Assembly: GCA_052426225.1 (NCBI GenBank)
Contig: JBNJNM010000012.1
Coordinates: forward strand, 1,240,001-1,304,000
DNA length: 64,000 nt
Direction of reading: 5' to 3'
From: Zancudomyces culisetae HAW-14-8
Lineage: Eukaryota > Fungi > Kickxellomycota
A program made the translations under genes and the position numbers. The notes below the pieces were generated by a model, which saw only the letters and a program-made list of their open reading frames with translations, did no database searches and was not told the origin of the DNA. This document shows, piece by piece, positions 59,311 to 64,000 of this stretch (position 1 is its first letter; every line of letters starts with the position of its first letter).

Positions 59311-59797
59311 TTTCTTGTTATACTAGTTTGACCTAATTACTTCTTATTATTCTGCTAATCTTCCACTAAGCTGGCTTTATGGCCTAGCTGGGAGCGCCAA
59401 TTGTAATATTTTATTTATTATTTAAAATATTTTATACCCGTTATGGGTAATAAGTGTCTAAACACCTTGCTATTTACTTTCAAGAGAGAGTTTAAACTAT
59501 CTTGTTGCGTAACTAACAATTATGGAGGCGTAGACAGTCTTTTATTATATTATACTTTTTTTTTATTTCTCTTATAAAATATATAAAATATATAAAAATA
59601 TTAACTTCTATCTAAAATTTATCTCAATAAAAAACTGATAACAAAAGAACCTATTATCAGAGAAGTCAGATAAAACCCTCTTCGGGAGAAAAGTTCAATC
59701 TTCTCACAAGTAAATAATAACTAATAAATAATAAACGAGAAACTGGTATTACCTTTATTGTAGTCCAGGGGTAATCACGCCAATTTTATATGACAAG

Positions 59798-62700
59798 TGT
59801 TATATTTTTTGGGTTTAAAATATATTTTTATTATAAAACTTATATCCTAACTTTCAACACTATGCTATTCTTGTATATTAAATATTACTATGTATTGAAA
59901 ACAGTGTATATTATATATAGTTTTGTACTTATATTTTGTATATCTTTTTGTTTATTCTATTACTAATTCTTTATTTTTTGACTAAAAAAAACTTAAAAAA
60001 ACTAAAAAACTAAAACTAACTAATTTTTTATCTACTTTATCAAATTTTATAATTTTTATGCTATTTTTTAGCGATTAGAAAAATTTGCCAGCAAAAAAAA
60101 ACTAATCAAAAAAATGTCGTATCTGCTATACGACAGATTCCCCCCCTTAAGCGCGGATGCCCTCATCGCGCCTTGGCTGCTTGAACCGTTTGAGTTTTGT
60201 CTTCAGAGTGGTTGTTACATCAGGGATCATGTGGTTACTCGATATATACTTCTTCAACATATCTCCATGAACGAGCTCCCGGTTGCCTTCATTATCGTTT
60301 ATGATATATGTCCCTTTACTCAGTACTCTTTCCACTCTATACGGGCCTTCCCAATAATGCTCCAGTTTCGATCGTTCCATATCCACTAGTTTCAAAACAA
60401 ATTCACCCGGTTCGAACCTAAATAGTTTTACCTTCACATTATATCTTTCCGCTTGCATCTGTTTAGACTTTACTGATCTTCGTAGTCCTATTTCTCTCAA
60501 CTGTGGCAACTCGTCTTTAATCTGCTTCACTCTACTAATTATCAATTCCTCGATATTATCTATGTCTCCATTATAATTCCATGTAGACGGTAACTCCAAA
60601 TCGATACCGTATAGCATCTGAGCTGGTGATAATCCAGTTGATTTATTCCGTAATGTTCTGATTACTAGCAAGGTTTTTCACAAATATGAATCCCAACTTT
60701 GCTTATCATTCCGACACTGCTTTATAAGCACGGTAACTAATGTCTGATTCAGTTGCTTACCTGCCCATTACTTTGGGGTCGGTAGGCGGTCGTCGGGGTA
60801 TGATTTATACCAAGCCACTCATATACCTGTGTTGCTGCTTCAGATAAAAAACTCGGTCCTCTATCGCTTATCAGCTGTTGTGGAACACCATAGTATGCTA
60901 CCACTTCGTTTACTAAAAAGTTTACAATCGTATTACTCTGGATGTTTGGAACGGCAGCTGCAATAGGTCATTTAGTAAACAGATCGATTGCCGTCAGAAT
61001 GAACCTGTTACCATTAGCCGAGACCGGTGAGATGGGACCGACTGCGTCAATTCCGACAATTTGGAATGGCTTTGAAGATAATATCGGAACCAACGGGTGT
61101 CGTCGCGATCTTGCCCCTTTATAATGCTGGCGTGTCCTGCAACTTTCCACTATCTGTTTAACTTCCTTATACAAGTTCCTGCCTGTGTATTTTTGAGTGA
61201 CTTTATTCCAAGTGTTTTCGATCCCTTCATGACCCTCCTCATGAATTGATCTTATCAGAGCTCTGCTGTTTTCTGAGTGTAATACTACTTTAGTTGTGTT
61301 ATTTACTACTTTCAATAACTTACCATCCGTGACTATATAATGTTTTGCCCCCCTCTTAAGCCTCCTCTTGTACTCCTCATCAGCTTGATTGGGCAGTGTC
61401 CCATCAACAATATAGGATGTAATATCCTCATACTCTAGTCTGTCCTTAGCATACACCTTCAGTTCGTTAATAGTTTTTTCCGACTCTTCCTGGTGCAGTA
61501 GCCGGGAAAGTGCATCTGCCGGATTAACGGCTCCTGGTAGATGTTCTATTTCGTAGTCAAAGTTACGGAGATACATTGCCCAGCGGGCAACTCTTCCTGT
61601 GATTTCCGAACCATGGAATAACTGCAGCAAGGACTTATGATCCGTTCTAATTCTAAATTTTTTTCCATAAACGTAGAACTTAAACTTTTTCACGGCCCAG
61701 ATGACCGCGAGCCCCTCAAGATGGCTAATGGCGTAGTTTTTTTCAGATTTTGTAGTCCTTCTGCTTGCGTATTCTATCACCTTTTTGCCTTCGTCTGTGA
61801 ATTGAGTCAGTATCGCTCCTATTCCTACGATTGAAGCATCCGTCGTAATAACAAATTCTCTAGTCCAATCGGCATGTCCAAGTACAGGCGCCGATGCCAT
61901 TAGCTCCTTTAGCTGTCTCAATGCTGCTTCCTGCTCTGTATCCCAGCTCCATACACTTTGCTTTCTGAGTAACTTAGTAATTGGCTGTGTAACCTTTGCA
62001 TAGTTTGGTATGAATCGACGGTAATAGCCTGTTAATCCCAGTGCCGATTGTAATTCCTTTACGTTGCGTGGTGACCTAATATTCATAATAGCTTCTACCT
62101 TCTTAGCACTTGTCCCTATTCCATTTTTTGAGATTGTGTGTCCAAGGTATTCCAACTCTGTGAAACCTATTACGCACTTATCCGAATGCAATTGTATGTT
62201 ATGCTCCTTAAGTAACGACAAAACTCGTTTTAGATCTTCTCTATGCTCCTCTACACTCCTTGAATAAACTATAACATCATCTACAAAGACGACTGCGCAC
62301 TTCCACAACACTGCATTTAACGCCTTTTCCATCGCTCGCTGAAATGTCGCCGGACTGTTGGTGAGTCCGAACGGCATAACGTTATATTCGTACGCACCGC
62401 TACCGGGTATGGCGAAAGCTGTTTTCGATTTAGCTGCCGGGTGCATTCTTATTTGCCAGAATCCGCTCATGGCGTCAAGCGAGCTAAAGATGGCTGCACC
62501 TGATAGAGCCATAAACAGATCCGCAATAACGGGAAGTGGATAACTATCCTTTTTCGTTACCTCATTTAACCGGCGATAGTCTGCGCAAATACGGATTTTT
62601 CCGTTCTTTTTGTGAACGACAACTACGGGAGCGCACCACTCAGAAGTAGTGGGCGATATGATCCCTTGTTTCTCCATTTCTACTAACTGGTTTGCAACTT

Positions 62701-64000
62701 CTTCTTGTAGTCTGAATAGAATTCTATAGGGTCTTAGCCTAATTGGCATGTTGTCATTTAGCACTATTCGATGTTCTGTAACTCCTGTCTGAGTTAACTC
62801 CGAAAGATCATTAACGAACAAGCTCTTGTATTCGCTAATTACGTCCTTAAACTCAGTTCCCTGCGATGTTCCTACGCCTACTGGTGTGTCTTTAATAACG
62901 GTGTATAACTCTGTATCTTCCTCCTCTGGCCCTTCTTCACAAGACGTTTCTAGTCTGGTTACTATCTCAACGTTTTCTACTGGTATTCGAAGCTCTGGTA
63001 CTTTCAGATTCAAGGATACTCGGTGTTGAAGTAACCAATCTGTGCCTAGTATGAGAGTGTCATCATTCCTTGACATCACTACTAAGTTTACCGGGAGGGT
63101 GAAACTTGAGATCATTACGGGAACCTGATTGACTTTTCCTAATGTACTGTGACGCTTCCCGTCTGCAGTAACCAATGTCAATCCTTTTTTGCTATCCAGT
63201 TCGATTCCCCAGCCTTCTACTAAATTGTATGTGACTACGGAGCAAGCTGCTCCCGTGTCCACCACCGCCCATAGCTTCTGTCCGAAAACATTAACTAATA
63301 TTCGACAGTTTGATGTTTTCTTCTCCTGCAACTGAATTTCATTTAACTCAGCAGCCTTTTCTTTTCTTAAGAAATTTGTCAATTCTTCTGACAATGCCGG
63401 AGCGCTTTCTAGCAGTTGTAACACGTCTATCTTTGGATGTACCTTCCGCAGCTCCTCTACAATGGAAAACGTCTTGTTACTGTTTTTCAGTGTTTGTTGG
63501 CTTCTAGACGACTGCTTGCTATGTGCTGTACCACCATCATTAATAGTGGTTCCTTCTCTGAACTCAGTAACTGAACTGCCTATGATACTTGGTTCGGCTC
63601 CTTGAAATGAGTCTCTGCTCACACGTGTGGTCTTGTATCTTGAAGCTCTTTGCTCACTACTGCCACCAGCTACCTCGTTGTGTTTTCTCTTATCTACCGC
63701 AAACACGTCTGCATTGTTTTCATCTGTGTCCGTATTCCTATCTAACTCTATGTAGTTTATACTTTTCTGTATATCTACCTTTCCACTATCTCTTGGTTCA
63801 CTTTCCTTCATCTTCGGGCATTCGTACCTGCGGTGCCCTTGTTCATTGCAGTAGTAACATCTAACCACGTAAGGTTGTGGTCTATGGCTACTCACTGTAG
63901 CCTTTTTTAATCTCTTATCCACTAATTGTTCTACCTTGGTTATTAAACTGACACTCATTTCTTCAAACTTTTTCAACATGTCTCCCATAGGTATTTGCTG
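59798..64000 (-). mobile_element. Second Ty3/gypsy element (gypsy-2): 3' LTR at 59798-60135, disrupted integrase, 5' part outside the window
   Basis: LTR TGTTATA...TATACGACA; PPT AAGGGGGGGAATC; single gag-pol ORF 60968-63988 (CYYCNEQGHRRYEC, VVDTGA, FVDDVIV, TTDAS). A Trp codon has become TGA at 60968 with further lesions downstream; C-terminal fragment WEGPYRV. Confidence 0.93.

Larger units (their letters stand above)
54440..59795 (-). mobile_element. Full-length Ty3/gypsy LTR retrotransposon (gypsy-1), gag-protease region inactivated
   Basis: 394 bp LTRs at 54440-54833 and 59402-59795 with roughly ten differences; PBS TGGCGCTCCCAGCTAGG (59383-59399); PPT GGTAGGGGGGTATC (~54834-54847); flanks AGTG. 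Gag has a CCHC knuckle and the protease has IIDTGA. In-frame stops at 58286, 57989 and 57744, plus a frameshift near 58535. Confidence 0.95.

Overview
Eukaryotic, intron-containing fungal DNA. The gene content suggests an early-diverging fungus, possibly Zoopagomycota/Harpellales; this is inference, not a database match. The window has two compartments. (1) 1-35.1 kb is gene-dense: two tyrosine-aminotransferase paralogs, a Fungal_trans transcription factor, SmB, a SAMHD1-like HD hydrolase, a secreted subtilisin, a small Cys-rich GPI-type protein, thioredoxin reductase, a TLC-domain protein, a divergent NOP2/RRP1 pair, and a three-copy family of secreted, histidine-less SOD5-like proteins. Two copies of that family share a 1.06 kb near-identical promoter+leader; the third is headless. 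(2) 35.1-64 kb is very AT-rich and organised around tRNA genes. About ten solo LTRs from several families are stacked immediately 5' of tRNA-Val(AAC) (38464-43566). Removing them one at a time restores a single target window 2-10 nt upstream of the mature tRNA. A second stack (two solo LTRs and two Ty3/gypsy elements) sits in the same window upstream of a tightly linked tRNA-Phe/tRNA-Leu pair. A separate LTR family accumulates 3' of tRNA-Val. This compartment also holds EMC8/9, a UVRAG/ATG14-like gene and a dead Tc1 element. The tRNA-anchored, polarised LTR arrays are the most striking structure in the window.
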